Below are positions 37,001 to 52,000 of a DNA stretch of 64,000 bases, in pieces. The DNA comes from Leucoraja erinacea. Lineage: Eukaryota. The number at the start of each line of letters is the position of its first letter. Position 1 is the first letter of the stretch. Under the pieces are notes generated by a model. The model worked only from the letters and a program-made list of their open reading frames with translations, was not told where the DNA came from and made no database searches. The translations under genes and the position numbers were made by a program. The stretch is taken from NCBI RefSeq assembly GCF_028641065.1, contig NC_073399.1, forward strand, positions 9,176,001 to 9,240,000. Direction: 5' to 3'.

Positions 37001-40000
37001 CTGAACTCACAGGCCCGACGCTAGCTATCTTTATACTCTTTTATCTGTATATATTTATTGCCTATGTACTAGTTTAATTCATCCACATTGCACATATTGT
37101 TTTAACCAGTATTTTTACTACTTTGCACTCTGATTAGATGCTAAACTGCATTTCGTTGTACCTGTACTCGTATTTGTGCAATGACAATGAAGTTGAATCG
37201 AATCAAATCAAATTTTGTCACATGAGCAAAAAACATAAATTAACTCATTCACCCCAAAATAATTTCATTCACTTGGGTGAACCATTCACCAGTTTAAGGA
37301 GCACTGTACGAGCAATACCCTCCACATTAGAGACAATGTACAATTTTACCAAAGTCGATTAACCTGCAGTCTTGGAGTGTGGGAGGAAACCGGAGCGCCC
37401 GGGGAAAACCAACACGGTCACAGGGGGAGCGTACAAACTCCCTACAGACAGCACCCGCAGTCAGGATCGAACCCGGGTCTCTGGCGCTGTGAGGCAGCAG
37501 CTCTGCCGCTGCACTACTGCGCCGTCCTGTCCTCCAGAGATGCTGCTTGACCTGCTGAGTTACTCCACCATTTTGTGCCTTTTGGTGGACAAAAGGGGTC
37601 ACCGACGTCAGGCGTTTGTGTGGCAGAAAGAAGGTTAATAAGTGGGGTCTCTAAACATTCCACACCCACGTACAACTTACATGCATTCTAAATTACTATC
37701 TACACAGAGCAACCTGCATAGGTCGAACAATCAAGCCAAGTACAAACCCAGAGACCCAGTTCAATTCTGACCCTGGGTGTTGTCTGTGTGTTCAATTGGC
37801 CCGCTCTCCCCGTGACCACGTGGGTCTCCTCCCGCACCCCGAATTCATGCGGGTTTGTAGGTTAAGAATAAGGAGTAAGCCATTTAGAACGGAGACGAGG
37901 AAACACTTTTTCATAAAGCACAGAGAGTGGTGAGTCTGTGGAATTCTCTGCCTCAGAGGGCGGTGGAGGCAGGTTCTCTGGAGGCTTTCAAGAGAGAGCT
38001 AGATAGGGATCTTAAAAATAGCGGAGTCAGGGGATATGGGGAGAAGGCAGGAACGGGGTACTGATTGGGGATGATCAGCCACGATCACATTGAATGGCGG
38101 TGCTGGCTCGAAGGGCCGAATGGCCTACTCCTGCACCTATTGTCTATTGTCAATTGGCCTCTGCACGATTGCCCCTCATGTGCAGGGAGTGGATGGGAAT
38201 GTGTGATAGCATAGAGGTAGCATGAGGGGGTGATCGATGGCCGGCGTGGACTCGGTGGGCCGAAGGGCCCGTTTCCAAGCTGTATGTTTCAGTCAATCAA
38301 CAGGCAAACACTCAAACCTGGGGCAAGTTTCAATCCACATGAAACTCCAGCAGTCAGCTCTGGCCTGCAATTGTCGCCGTACTTCCCAGGAGTGAAGGTC
38401 TTACCTTTGTTTAAACACCTCCCAGACAAGGGACAATCCTGTGCACTGATAAAGCAGCAGGCACCTCATGTACATCCGTCACCTACATCTTACCCGCTGC
38501 CCCTTCAAATCAAACAAGCGGTGAAGCCGCACACATCAAGACCAAAGATGTCAGTTTCTCTGGAGAGAAGGAATGGGTGACGTTTCGGGTTGAGACCCAA
38601 AGGTCTCATTCCTTTTCTCCAGGGATGCTGCCTGCCCCGCTGAGCCACTCCAGGTTTTTGCGTCTACCTTCGGTTTAAACCAGCATCTGCAGTTCCGTCT
38701 TGCACATCAAGGCCAACGTTTACTAACTTGTTCAGCTGCTCAAAGCATGGCTCGCAAACGCGGACTTCTTTCTCGATCCCAAACTTGGGGATGGTGGAGG
38801 ACTTGGAGGAACATTTTCCACAGAAGATCTGCCCACACGCCCTGCAGTGATGCTGGGGAGAAGAACGGACAACAGCAGCAGTCAGCTCAGCTGCCCAGCC
38901 TTGTAGCTTTGCAAATGCTCCTTCTAAAGACACGCGCGACCATCTGTCGGTTAATCCCCCGTGCCAGAGCTTGTTGTTAATCATCAGTTGCCGGAGTTTA
39001 GTTTTAGTTTTGAGATACGGCGCAGCAACAGGCCCTTCCACCCATCGAGTCCGCGCCGACCAGCGGTCCCCATATACCAACCACGGGTGACAATTTACAA
39101 TTTGACCAACGCCAATTAACCTGCAAAGCCACACGCCTTTGGAATGTGGGAGGAAATTGGAGCACCCCTAGAAAACCTGGGAGAACATACAAACTCTGTA
39201 CAGACAGCCCCCTTAGTCGGGGGGGGGGTGGGCGGGGGGAACGACGACAAAAGGGGGAGCCGGCGTGGTTTGTAACTTAGATGTAACACCGTAGATGGCT
39301 GCTATTTGTATACATTGTGTATGCAGGCAGAGAATTCCTACGTATTCCTATCCCTATTGTCTGTGCGGAGTTTAAGCGGTCTCCCTGTGACCTGCGTGGG
39401 CTTTATCCGAGATCTCCAGTTTCCTCCCACACTCCAAAGACGTACAGGTTTGTAGGTTAATTGGCTTGGTATAAAATGTAAAAAAATGGTCCCTTGTGTG
39501 TGTGTGTGTGTGTGCGCAGGATAGTGCTTGTTAGTGTGCAGGGACCGCTGGTCGGCGTGGACTCGGCGGAGTGAAGGGCCTATTTTGCCACTGTATCTCC
39601 AAAGCAAACTAAAAGGTACGGTGCAAGTTGAATTTGTTGCTTGTTTGCGATGTTCTACATTCAGTACGAGCAGCGTGCGACCACCGGCTGCGTTGCCTGG
39701 TGTATTGCCTCTGATGAAGGCTCTGACCAATAAATTTCAAAGCTGGAGGACGAGCGAGGGGGGTCGGGGGTCAGGGGTCGGGGGGGGGGCAACTACCTTT
39801 CTGGTCACCACTCCAAACTGCACTCTGCACCGGTGACATTCCTCAGCGTCCACCCAATCCGGGGCCTGCAGAGGAGCAAAGAGAAAGATATATCAGCCTC
39901 CTGTACATCCTGGATCATTGTCAGTTTTCCCCCTCCATTTGGTAAATAGCTCCAGATATTTTTCTGTAAAACAGTTTTTCTGGAAAAATCGAAGGTAGAC

Positions 40001-43000
40001 AAAAATGCTGGAGAAACTTAACGGGTGAGGCAGCATCTATGGAGCGAAGGAATAGGTGATGATTCAATATAGGTGATGATTCAATAGACAAAGTGTTTCC
40101 ACATCTCCGTTCTAAATGGCTTACCCCTTATTTTTAAACAGTGGCCCCTCGTTCTGGACTCCCCCAACATCGGGAACACGTTTCCTGCCACTAGCGTGTC
40201 CAAACCCTTAATAATCTTATATGTTTCAATAAGATCTCCTCTCATCCTTTTAAACTCCAGAGTGTCAAATTAACTGACTTGTATTCCGGATATGGGAAGA
40301 ATCCCAAAACAACGCAGGGAGAACATGCAAATTCCACACAGACAGCAGCTGAGGTCAGGATTGAAGGGCGATCTGTGGCCTGTGAAGGCAGCAGCTCTAC
40401 AGGTTGCCATTGACGACAGAGCAGATGGATGTCCCAGGGTCACGGACAGGATTCACTTGCTTCAGATGCACCTTGCCTTCACTATGAACACTTGACAAAG
40501 TTTCTATGTGAATGCATGATTGAAGTCGCTCACCCTTTCAGAAACAAACATTGCGTCACTCTCTTTAAATTCTGGGAACGTATTGCCTGAAATACGAAAA
40601 AGAGACATTAAAAAAAAAGCAGTATATGCCACACACAATACATATGATTCTTGCATAGAATATACTGCTGGAGTAACTCAGTGGGTCAGGCAGCATCTCA
40701 GAGGACGTGGTAAGGCAACTTATCGGGTCGGGGCCCTTTATCAGACACTGGATCTATTTTTGGGGATATTGCATGGAAATAGGCCCATCGTCCCACCGAG
40801 TCCATGCCAATCATCAATCACTCCGTGTACTAGTTTGATTTTATCCCACTTTCACATCCTGCACTCTAGGGGAAATTTACTTAGCCAATTAGCCAGGGTG
40901 GTGAATCTGTGGGATTCATTGCCACCGAAGGCTGTGGAGGCCGTCAATTGATATTTTTAAGGCATAGACTTGACGGGCCGAATGGCCTAATTCTGACCCT
41001 ATCACTTATACACGTTGGGTCCACAAACCTGAACGTCCTTGGGAGACGAGCGGGAACCAGAACACTTGGAGAGAACCCACACTGGAAAATGTGCAAACTC
41101 TTGTTGTAAAGTTGCATGGATCTAATTGAGGATTTTTTATTAACTAGCGGGTTTAAAAGTGTTGATGTTAGTGGATTTCATAACGGAGTCTGCATTCTGA
41201 GTATTATGGAAAGTTTGTCAGAGGCGTTAATATGTAAGCCCCGTGATTTGTGGAGGATTTATTCGTCATCGGGCCTTGTACTGATTCCTTTCATTCCGAG
41301 GCTGTGCCCTCTGGTCCAAGGTTCCACAATTACCGACGGAGGGGAGATAGAACTCAAGCAGTCAAACCCACAGCTAATACTGGCTTACCTTCCACCTTCA
41401 TGATCTGGTAGGTGTCCTGCACCACTTTATACTTGGGCTCGTTGCGAAAGGCCTGTGACCAGGCCTGGATCAGCTGCAGGATCTTGGTGCGAACGTTGGC
41501 CTCCGTCTGTTTCTGTGAAGCACAACGTACATCAGCTCACTTAACCGCGCCAGAAGAGGGATGGGAGACACACCGAGCACATCTGGGACAACTGCAGACT
41601 TTACACTTACTGTGTAGAAACGAGCCCTTCGGCCCACTGAGACCGTGCTGACCAGTGATCAGCTCGCACAATCCTACACACTAGCGACAATTTACAATTT
41701 TACCAAAGCCCATTAACCTACAAACCTGCACGTCTTGGGAGTGTAGGAGGAAACCGGAGCTACCCAGAGATAACCCACACACTCACGGGGAGAACGTGCA
41801 AACTCCACACAGATGCTGATAAAGTTAAAGTGGGATAACATAACGACCCAAAACATCACCCATTCCTTCTCTCCATAGATGCTGCCTCACCCGCTGAGTT
41901 ACTCCAGCATTTTGCGTCTACCTAACATCGAACTGTGATGTTTCCACTAGTGGGAGAGTCTGGGACTAGAGGTCATAGCCTCTGAATTAAAGGATGTTAT
42001 TTTTGGAAATTGAGGAGAAATTTCTTTAGTCAGAGGGGGGTGAGTCTGTGGAATTCTTTAACACAGAAGGCTGTGGAGGCCAAGTTAGTGGCTATTTTTT
42101 ACGGCAAAGATAGATACTTGATTAGTGCGGGTGTCAGGGGTTATGGGGAGAATAGACAATAGACAGGAGTAGGCCATTCGGCCCTTCGAGCCAGCACCGC
42201 CATTCAATGTGATCATGACTGATCTTCCCCAATCAGTACCCGTTCCTGCCTTTTCCCCATATCCCCTGGCTCCACTATCTTTAAGAGCCCTATCCAGCTC
42301 TCTCTAGAGCCCAAAGCTGGACACACAGGACTGGAATAACTCGGCAGCACACGCCCCATCTCTGGAGAACAAGGATGGGTGAAGAAGGGTCCTCAACCCA
42401 AAACATCACCTATCCTTTTTTCTCCTCGAACTTACAGAAGTTTATAAAATCTTTGAACTGTGTGTTGATGATGTCCCTACTATTTTATTGTTTATTATTA
42501 TTATTTTTTTTAATCTACTTATGTTTTGTAATCTGCTTATTAAATTTTGTAAGGCGTCCTTGAGAGTCTTTGAAAGGCGCCCATAAGTATAATGTTAATA
42601 ATAAAAACATTTGTTTTTAAAAATCATGAGAGGAATAGATCGGATAGACACACTTGCCCAAGAATAGGGGAATCGAGAGCCAGAGGTTGAAGATGAGGGT
42701 GGAAAGATTGAAATAACAACTATCGAGTGACTTTTTAAATTTTTTTATATTTTTATAAACAAAGAGTGGCAAGTGTAGTCGGTGGGGGCGCTGCAAGCCG
42801 GCGCCCTGTCAGCAGCGTGTCCGTTTTTTTCAACTTTATTTGTTTTTTTTAGTATGTTTTAAAGTATGTTTTTTGTGTTTCTTCTTGTGTGGGGGGGGTG
42901 GTATGGGGGGGTGAGGGAGAAACCGTTTTGGTCGCCTCCTCCATGGAGAGGCGAATATTTCCAGGTCATCTCCACCCTTGGCCTAACAATGAGGATCGGG

Positions 43001-46000
43001 CGGCCTTTCCCGGAGACGCGCCCGGGGCTTCAGCGGCGGGCGCAGTGTGGACTCTCGGCGTGGAGCAGGCGAGCCCTCTCTGGGGCTCGCCGGAGGGGAG
43101 CGGTCCGTTTCGCTGGCTCGCGGCAGCCGGCAGCCTGAAGCGGTAGCCTGAAGCCGCGGTCTGCAGAGGTTCAGCTGGCACGGCGTCCTCAGCCCAGGAT
43201 CCCTCGTGGGGGACCCGGGAGAAGAAGGAGTTTCCACCACCGGCTCGCGGCCAACTTCTACCGGTGTGGACTTACCATCACCCCTAGAGGGGAGCTTCGA
43301 CAGCAGGCCCTGCGGTCTGCGGGCGGACTTTAAATCTTCGACCACCGGCCTGTGGCCTACACCAACCTAAAGCCGCGGTCTCCGGTGGGGAAGAGCCGAT
43401 CCTGGGACTGACTCTGGACCCAACCACGGGGGGAAATGGAGGAGGACTGGCCAAATTTTGTGCCTTCCACCACAGTGATGAATGCTGTGGTGTATGTTTG
43501 TGTTAAATGTTTATTGTGTGTTCTTTATCATTGTACCGCTGCTGGCAAATTCATTTCACTTGCACTTTATGTGCAATGTGACGAATAAAACTGATTGTAT
43601 TGTATTTGTATTGTATTGTGCATGGAACAAGCTGCCGGAAGAGGTAGTTGAAGCAGGTACTGTTGCAACGTTTAAGAAACTTTCATACAGGTACATGGAT
43701 AGGATAGGTCTAGAGGGATATGGACCAAACACAGTTTGATGGGACTAGTGATGACGGGGCATGTTGGCTGGTGTGGGCCTGGTGGGTTGAAGGGCCTGTT
43801 TCCAAGCCGTAAGGTTATGACTCGGAAGATGTTGCCTGACCCGCTGAATTACTCCAGCCCTTTGTGTCCATCAAGACATCGTGATCGTTCTGGCAATAAA
43901 CAATAGGTGCAGGAGTAGGCCATTCGGCCCTTCAAGCCACCACCAACATTCAATGTGATCATGGCTGATCATCCCCAATCAGTACCCCGTTCCTGCCTTC
44001 GCCCCATATCCCCTGACTCCACTATCTTCAAGAGCCCTATCTAACTCTCTCTTGAAAGTATCCAGAGATCCGGCCTCCACCTCCCTCTGAGGGAGAGAAT
44101 TCCACAGAGAATGGCCACCCGTCTGGAACTGTGGTTTCACCATAGAAACAAGGAAGCGAGGATGCTGGTTTACAATAACAAAATACAAAGTGTTGGAGTC
44201 TGAGTTACTCCAGCACTGTGTATCTTATTAATGGCGTCACTGTCCAAAGCAACAGGTAAACAAGAGATATTTAGGAAAGAGCAGGCGAATACAAGTGCTG
44301 TAAAAACACGGCAGATTAGTGGGCAGAGGGCAGTGAGTTATGATCACCTGGGTGGGACTAGCACACTAGCACACAACAACAACATGTCCTGCCCCTTAAT
44401 CACATGATCTCAACACACCCATCACAAGGTGATGAGATCATCAGGAAGTGAACACTCCGTAAATATTAACAACGGCAAAGTGCTCCCTCTCTTTTACACA
44501 AGAGGGTTTCTCGCGAACTTAAAATCACCAAAGAGTAAATTGGAGGTGCAGCGTTAGAGCTCCAGAAAGACCTGGGTTTGATCCTGAATACTGCTGCTGT
44601 TCAGAGTTTGTATGTTCTCCCTGTTACCATGTTATGGGCCTGTCCCACTGAGGCAAATTTTTAAGGCAACTACAGGCGGCTAGTTTGTCGCCACATGCTC
44701 GCCGGGAGTAGATCCCCTCAGTCGCGTAAAAATTAGTAGCGTCTTTCTGGTCGCCGGTAAATTTCCAACATGTTGAACATTTTTCGGTGACGGCGGGTTT
44801 GACGCCAATGAGCGTAGCTCGACTTGTGTCGTAGGTCGTTGCCAGGAAGACGTCGGTTGTCGCTGGTTTTTTGACAACCTGCCATGACTAGGACAGTCGC
44901 CGGCAGTTGCCTAAAAATTTGCCAAGAGGGACAGACCCAATAGTTTTCTCCGGGTCTCTGGTTTCCTCCCACACTCCAAAGACATGCAGGTTTGTAGGTC
45001 TAATTTGACTCGTTAAAAAAATAATAATTGCCACTCCATTTTTCCAGCGTCCTGACTATAAATCTGAAGGAGGGCCCCCAACTCAAAACTCATCATCATG
45101 CTCTCCAGAGATGCTGCCTGAGCCACTGAGTGAATCCAGCACCCTCCACCTTTTCTTTAGCATGCATCTCAGGATGGGTCTGTGTCGCCCATGCTCCATG
45201 AATAGAAATAGGAAGTCACTCCAGTTGCAGAGTAGCGGAGCCACTCAGAACCATGATGTATGCAGGAAGGAACTGCAGATGCTGGTTTAAACCGAAGATA
45301 CAGACACAAAATGCTGGAGTAACTCAGCGGGACGGGCAGCATCTCTGGAGAGGTGACGTTTCGGGTCGAGGCCCTTCTTCAGACTGGAATGGGTGATGTT
45401 TTGGGTCGAGATTGAAGAAGGGTCTTGACCCAAAACGCCACTAATTCCTCCTCTCCACAGATGCTGCCTGGCCCACTGAATTACTCCAGCATTTTGTGTC
45501 TATCTTCAGTGTAGATGGAGAGGTAGAGGAGAGGTTGCCTGCTGAGTTACTCCAGCATGTTGTCTTTCTTTGTACATTATTTGTACATTTTTTTCACAGA
45601 TAATAGGTGCAGGAGTAGGCCATTCGGCCCCTCGAGCCAGCACCACCGTTCATTGTGATCATGGCTGATCATCCACAATCAGTACCTCGTTCTTGTCTTC
45701 TCCTCATATCCCATGACTCTGCTATCTTTAAGAGCCCTATCTAACTCTCTCTTGAAAGCATCCAGAGAATTGGCCTCCACTGCCTTGAGGCAGAGAATTC
45801 CACAGATTCACAACTCTCTGGATGAAAAAGTTTTTCCTCGTCACCGTTCTAAATGGCCTACCTTTATTCTTAAACTGTGGCCCCAGGTTCTGGACTCCCC
45901 CAATAACGGGAACATGTTATCTTGCATCCATCCTGTCCAATCCTTTAATAATCTTATATGTTTCAATAAGATCCCCTCTCGTCCTTCTAAATTCCAGTAT

Positions 46001-49000
46001 ATACAAGCCCTGTCTCTCCATTCTTTCAACGTATGACAGTCCCGCCATCCCGGGAATTAACCTTGTGAACCTACGCTGCACTCCCTCAATAGCAAGAAAG
46101 TCCTTCCTCAGATTTGGAGGCCAAAACGACACACAATACTCCAGGTGTGGTCTCACTGGGGCCCTGAGCAACTGCAAAAGCAGCCCTCTCTAACAGCTGG
46201 AGAGGACAGGATGACCTTACCGCTCCACATTGCTTCCCTCCACTGCCCGGCCTGCCACGTGTCTCCGGCGTGACCCGTTCAAATAGCTGGAAAACCCGCA
46301 CAAGTTACCTTGAACAGCTCTTTGAGCTCCTCCATCGTCTGTTTATTTGCCACCTCATCGTGAACCGTCTGCCCACAGTTCTTCACCACAGACTCCAGAA
46401 CCTGTGGGGAAAGCAGCACGAGAGAACGTTTGGAGATCTGATCTTTAAACAAAATACCGTACCACATCAATGGTGATTTTATTGTCACGTGTGTGAAGTG
46501 CAAACAGTTAAATACTTTGTTTAAGAAAGAACTGCAGATGCTGGTTAAATCGAAGATAGACACAAAATGCTGGAGAAACTCAGCGGGTGAAGCAGCATCT
46601 ATAGAGGGAAGGAATTGGTGTATCTCCAGCATTTTGTGTCTACCTACCGTAAAATACTTTTCGTAAAGGGCCTGTCCCACTTAGGCGATTTTTTGGGGCG
46701 GCTGGCGTAAAATTTTCAACACGTTGAACATTTTTCGGCGACAGTGGTGACAATTCTTCCTGTCGTAGGTTGTCGTAGATGCTGTTGTAGGTTGTCGCCA
46801 GGTGTAGTAGGTGAATTCCATTAAAACTAGTCTCTGGCAGTCTCCCAGGTGGGACAGGTCCTTCACAAACAGTCCAGTAGAGCATTGCCATGGACCCGGA
46901 ACCCAATCAGCAAGATATAGTGGACAGAGCCCGCATGCAATGGGTGCCATGGTTCAGTTCAGGCAAAGACACCCACCAAAACCTTTCTTTGCCTATCTAC
47001 ATTATCACCAATAGTTTGTATCAGGACCATATCCTCCTGTATCTTAGGAACTGCAGGTACAGGTATACAACATAAAGACAGTGCTGGAGGAAGTCAGTGG
47101 GTCAAGCAGCATCTCTGGAGAACATGGGCAGGTGACGTTTGGGGTCGGGACCATTCTGTAGGCCGATCACTCAATCAGTCTGAAGGGTCCCGACCCAAAA
47201 CATCACCTGTCCGTGATCCCCAGAGGTGCTGCCTGATCCACTGTTACTCCAGCACTTTGTGTCTTTTTTCCCCAATGTATCACAGGATTCCCTTCAAGCC
47301 ATTGTTTTGCAAAGGTTCGAAATAGTAATAAATAAAATCCAGACATCCGCACAAGGTTACTCAAGGATCCCAGCCCGACACGTGGCCTGCCCATTCCCTC
47401 CCCAGATGTTGCCCGAGCGGCGGAGTTACTCCAGTACTCCATCTATTACTCAGTGCCCCTCCCCTCCCCCTCCACTGGTGGTCATAAAGTTACATCGAGC
47501 AGCGGCTTGTCCTGGCTGGAGTCGGGGTTGAGAAAGGGGAGGGGGCTCACCTCCAAAGTGTAGAGGACCACGTGGGGATTTTTGTCGTTCAGCTTCTTCT
47601 TGATGGCTCCAATTGCGTACTTGGCCCTGTGTAAATAAAGCAACATTCCCGTAACACACGGTTGCGTTTCGAGATGGCCTCGTGCATCTCGGAGAAACCG
47701 CAAGAGACAGACAGCTCTCGGTGCTGCAGTGAGATTGTATTAAGAAGATGCTTCAAATTAAGACACTTCAACGTTCATACCGCTGGGTTAGAAACAGCAA
47801 ACAGGTGCAGGAGTAGGCCATTTGGCCCTTCGAGCCAGTACCGCCACAATATGATCATGGCTGATCACCCTAAATCAGTACCCCGTTCCTGCTTTCTCCC
47901 CATATCCCCTGATTCCGTTAGCCCTCAGAGCTACATCTAACTCGCTCTTGAAAACATCCAATGAATTGGCCTCCACTGCCTTTTGTGGCAGAGAATTCCA
48001 CAGATTCACAACTCTCTGGGTAAAAAAAAGTTGTTTCTCATCCAAGTCCTAAATGGCCTACCCCCTATTCTTAAACTGCGACCTCTAGTTCTGGACTCCC
48101 CCAACATCGGGACCATCTTTCCTGCATCTAGCCTGTCCAATCCCTTAAGAATCTTATATATTTCTACAAGATACCCTCTCATCCTTCTAAATTCAGCAAA
48201 GTTAAGCCCAGTCAATCCATTCTTTCATAGCTGGGTTGTAAGCTACCAGCTCTACCATTTTAAGTGCAAGTCAACCACAATCAGCAAACCAAATCATAAT
48301 ACGGTTCCCTGCAGTAACTGAATATGTGGAATGCAAGCTACAAAAACAATGAGAGGGGTCCATGTCGGCCTACGTCATAAAGTATTCTGCTTCTCCCTGG
48401 CGTGAATCCCCACTGAATCACTGACTGCTTCTGGTGTTCTGATGTAGTGCCGAACATCCCTCCAGAACTTGGCCTTCACCATTTAGGATGGAAAACACAG
48501 CACGGTCCAAGGTGTTGGGTCAATCAGCAACAGTGCAGTCAGCTGTAATAATCTTGCTGTAGCATGTCTAACTGAGGCGATTAGCACAACCTCGGGCAAT
48601 GGTGTTGCTTGAAATGGCAGAGAGAACAGGATCAAAGCACGTTCAGGCTTTATTTGTATTGGGTTGTTGCTGATTAATGTTGGAGGGATGCAACAGGCAG
48701 GGTAGTAATCTAGATTTATGTTTATTACTGTCATGTGTACCGAGGTACAGTGAAAGGGATTTTGATTTGTTTATTGTCATGTGTACCGAGGTACAGCGAA
48801 AAGCTTTATCAGTTATGTTTATTGTCACGTGAACCGAGGCACAGTGAAAACATTTTGTTGTGTGCTAACCAGTCAGCGGAAAGACAATACATGATTACAA
48901 TCGAGCCGCTGTCGGTACAGTGAAAAGCTTTGTTCTGCATGCTATCCACACAGATCAGATAGAGCATACACAGATACCATCAGTTTACGAGCATGCCCCA

Positions 49001-52000
49001 TGGGAGAACCAGATGACTGACACAAACCTGGTTGCACCATAACCAGTCCACAACATGCTGGCTATTCAAAGGTAGAGCTAAAATATTTGGTGTTTTTTTT
49101 TTCTTTCTGAAAGGAAAAAGGCCAAACAATCAGCCCCGCTTCCAACACACTTACTGAGCATCTCCTTGCCGAATCAGGTCACAGATCTGTAGAATCGACT
49201 CCCAGTCAGTTTCAAGAAGTAACTGGCTTGTTGCTTTTTCTGTTTAGGAAGAGAAGGCAGAGTGGTTTATTGACAGGCCTGGTGGAGGCTGCGAGCTACG
49301 GCACATTCAGCAAACTGCCCGCGTTCCTCGAGTCTTTGTAAATCAGATCGCAATAGAGCTCAATAACTGGGATAGGGTCAGTGAGAGATGTTTCTCAGCC
49401 GATTTATCTGTCCAAAACAGAAAAATGAAAGCAGCTCTCGTTATTCCCCTCCCTTCAATCACATTAAACACGAGAGAGAAATGGACATGAACTTTAATGT
49501 GGTAGAGCATAATTCCGCTCCCATGTCTCATGAAGTCATCGGCTTATGGCAGCAATTTCTAGGCATCTTTGAGCTGAATCCCCAGCGGGTGAGAGACTGT
49601 ACAATGTGTTACATAGAAACATAGAAAATAGGTGCAGGAGGAGGTGATTTGGCCCATCCAGCCAGCACCGCCATTCATTGTGACCATGGCTGATCATCCA
49701 CAATCAGTAACCCATGCCTGCCTTCTCCCCATATCCCTTGATTCCGCAGGCTTGCTTTATTATTGATACAAACACAGGAGCCTAACAAACACACAGTGGC
49801 TCCAACTCGTGCCGTTTAAAGGTAGGGGTGGACGGACGAAAGGGGACACACACACACCACACACAGAACATTATTTAGACAAACAGCTAGAGGAACTCAG
49901 CGGGTCAGGCAGCATCTCTGTAGAAAAAGAATAGGTGATGTTTCAGACCTAGACCCTTCTTTACCCTCGCTCAGCTATCGATGATAGTGAGATGGAGCAC
50001 AGACTGGCCGATCGTTTCGCTAAACACCGTTGCAGCATGTCTGGAGAAAATGGATCGGTGATATTTCAGTCCGGCAATGGGTCCCAACCTATCCAGGCAC
50101 TCCAGAGATGCTAAAATGGAGAGCTAAATAACTGTAAATGCTGGTTTATACCAAAGATAAATACAAAGTGATGGAGTAACACAGCGGGTCAAGGAGAAAC
50201 TCTCTGGTGAATATGGATAGGCGAGGTTTTGGGTTGAGTGTCATTCTGACTGAGTGTGGGGTTAAGAAATTTGGAAAAGGGGTGAGGCAGGACAAACGGT
50301 GGCAGGTAATAGGTCGACACAGGGGGGGAGGTGGGGGTTGACAAGTAGATGGTTGGAACAAAGGCCAGACAGTGGATGTAAGACAGACATTTCTCCACTA
50401 AGGCAGTGAATGGTTGAAAGGTGCCTTTATTGTCACCTGCAAACACACCAAGAAATTCCTTTCTCGCATACAGTAAAATATTGCCGTACCCAAACACAAT
50501 CCCCGAATTGCAGAACATTTTAAAAGGCGGGCACAAAGTGCTGGAGTGACTCATGCGGGTCAGGCAGCATGAAACAAATACTGTGTGTCTATCTTTGGTA
50601 TGAACAGCACTTTGTGCATTTGCTTGGTCAAAAAAACAGCATCTGTACTTGCTATTGAGGGAGTTTACAAGGTTAATCCCCAGGATGGCGGGACTGTCAT
50701 ATGCTGAGAGAATGGAGCAGCTGGGCTTGTACACTCTGGAGTTTAGAGGGATGAGAGGGGATCTTATTGAAATATATAAGATTGTTAAGGGTTTGGACAC
50801 GCTCGAGACAGGAAACATGTTCCCGAATGTTGGGGGAGTGCAGAACCAGGGGCCACAGTTTAAGAATAAGGAGTAAGCCATTTATAACGGGGACGAGGAA
50901 ACACTTTTTCTCACAGAGAGTGGTGAGTCTGTGGAATTATCTGCCTCAGAGGGCGGTGGAGGCAGGTTCTCTGGATACTTTCAAGAGAGAGCTAGATAGG
51001 GCTCTTAAAAATAGCGGAGTCAGGGGATATGGGGAGAAGGCATGAACGGGGTATTGATTGGGGATGATCAGCCATGATCACATTGAATGGCGGTGCTGGC
51101 TCAAAGGGCCGAATGGCCTACTCCTGCACCTATTGTTTTCCCTCTTTTAACATTTAGAGGATATTTGGGCAGGTTGAACAGGATATGGGCCAAGCACAGG
51201 CAAGTGGGACTGGCTTAGAGAGAGGATCTGGGTTGGCATGGGCAAAGATAGACACAAAATGCTGGAGTAACTCAGCGGGTCAGGCAACATATCTGGAAAA
51301 AAGGAACAGTCATAGTCATAAAGTGATAGTGTAGTAACAGGCCCTATGGCCCAACTTGCCCACACTGGCCAACATGTCCCCAGCTACATCTGTCTAAAAG
51401 TTGGGATAGTCCCAGTTGGGATAGTCACAGCCTCAAATACTTCCTCTGGCAGCTTGTTCCATACACCCACCACCCTTCCTGTTAAAGCTTTTCCCCTTCA
51501 CCTGAAACGCATGTCCTCGATTAATCTACTCTGGGTAAGAGATTGTGTGCATCTACCAGATCTATTCCTCTCATGATTTCATACATAGGTGGCGTTTCAG
51601 GTGGAGACCCTTCTTCAGGTCGAAAGTCAGGGGAGAGGGAAACAAGAGTCAGACACAAAGTGGTGGAGTGACTCAGCAGGTCAGGCAGCAGGAAAAGATA
51701 TGTGTGTGTGTGTTTCTGTCAGTGTGTGTGTGTCTGTGTGTTTCTGTCTGCGTGTTTCTGTCTGTGTGTTTCTGTGTCTGTGTGTGTGTTTCTGTGTCTG
51801 TGTGTGTGTTTCCGTCTGTCTGTGTCTACCTTTGGTCTTTGTGTCTTTCTCTGTGTTTAAAACAGCATTTGCAGTTCCCGTTTAGCACTTAGAAGAGAGG
51901 GGTTTTGAGCTGAGTCACTCCAGCATGTTTGTGTCTAACGTCGGTGTAAAGCCCGCATCTGCAGTTGCCCTTCTCGCAGGCTTGATGGGGCGGGTTGCCG

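Noticed and set aside
36428-37024. 198-aa ORF as a nested host gene antisense to HGS
   Set aside because: It is the truncated RT C-terminus of a Rex1/Babar LINE.
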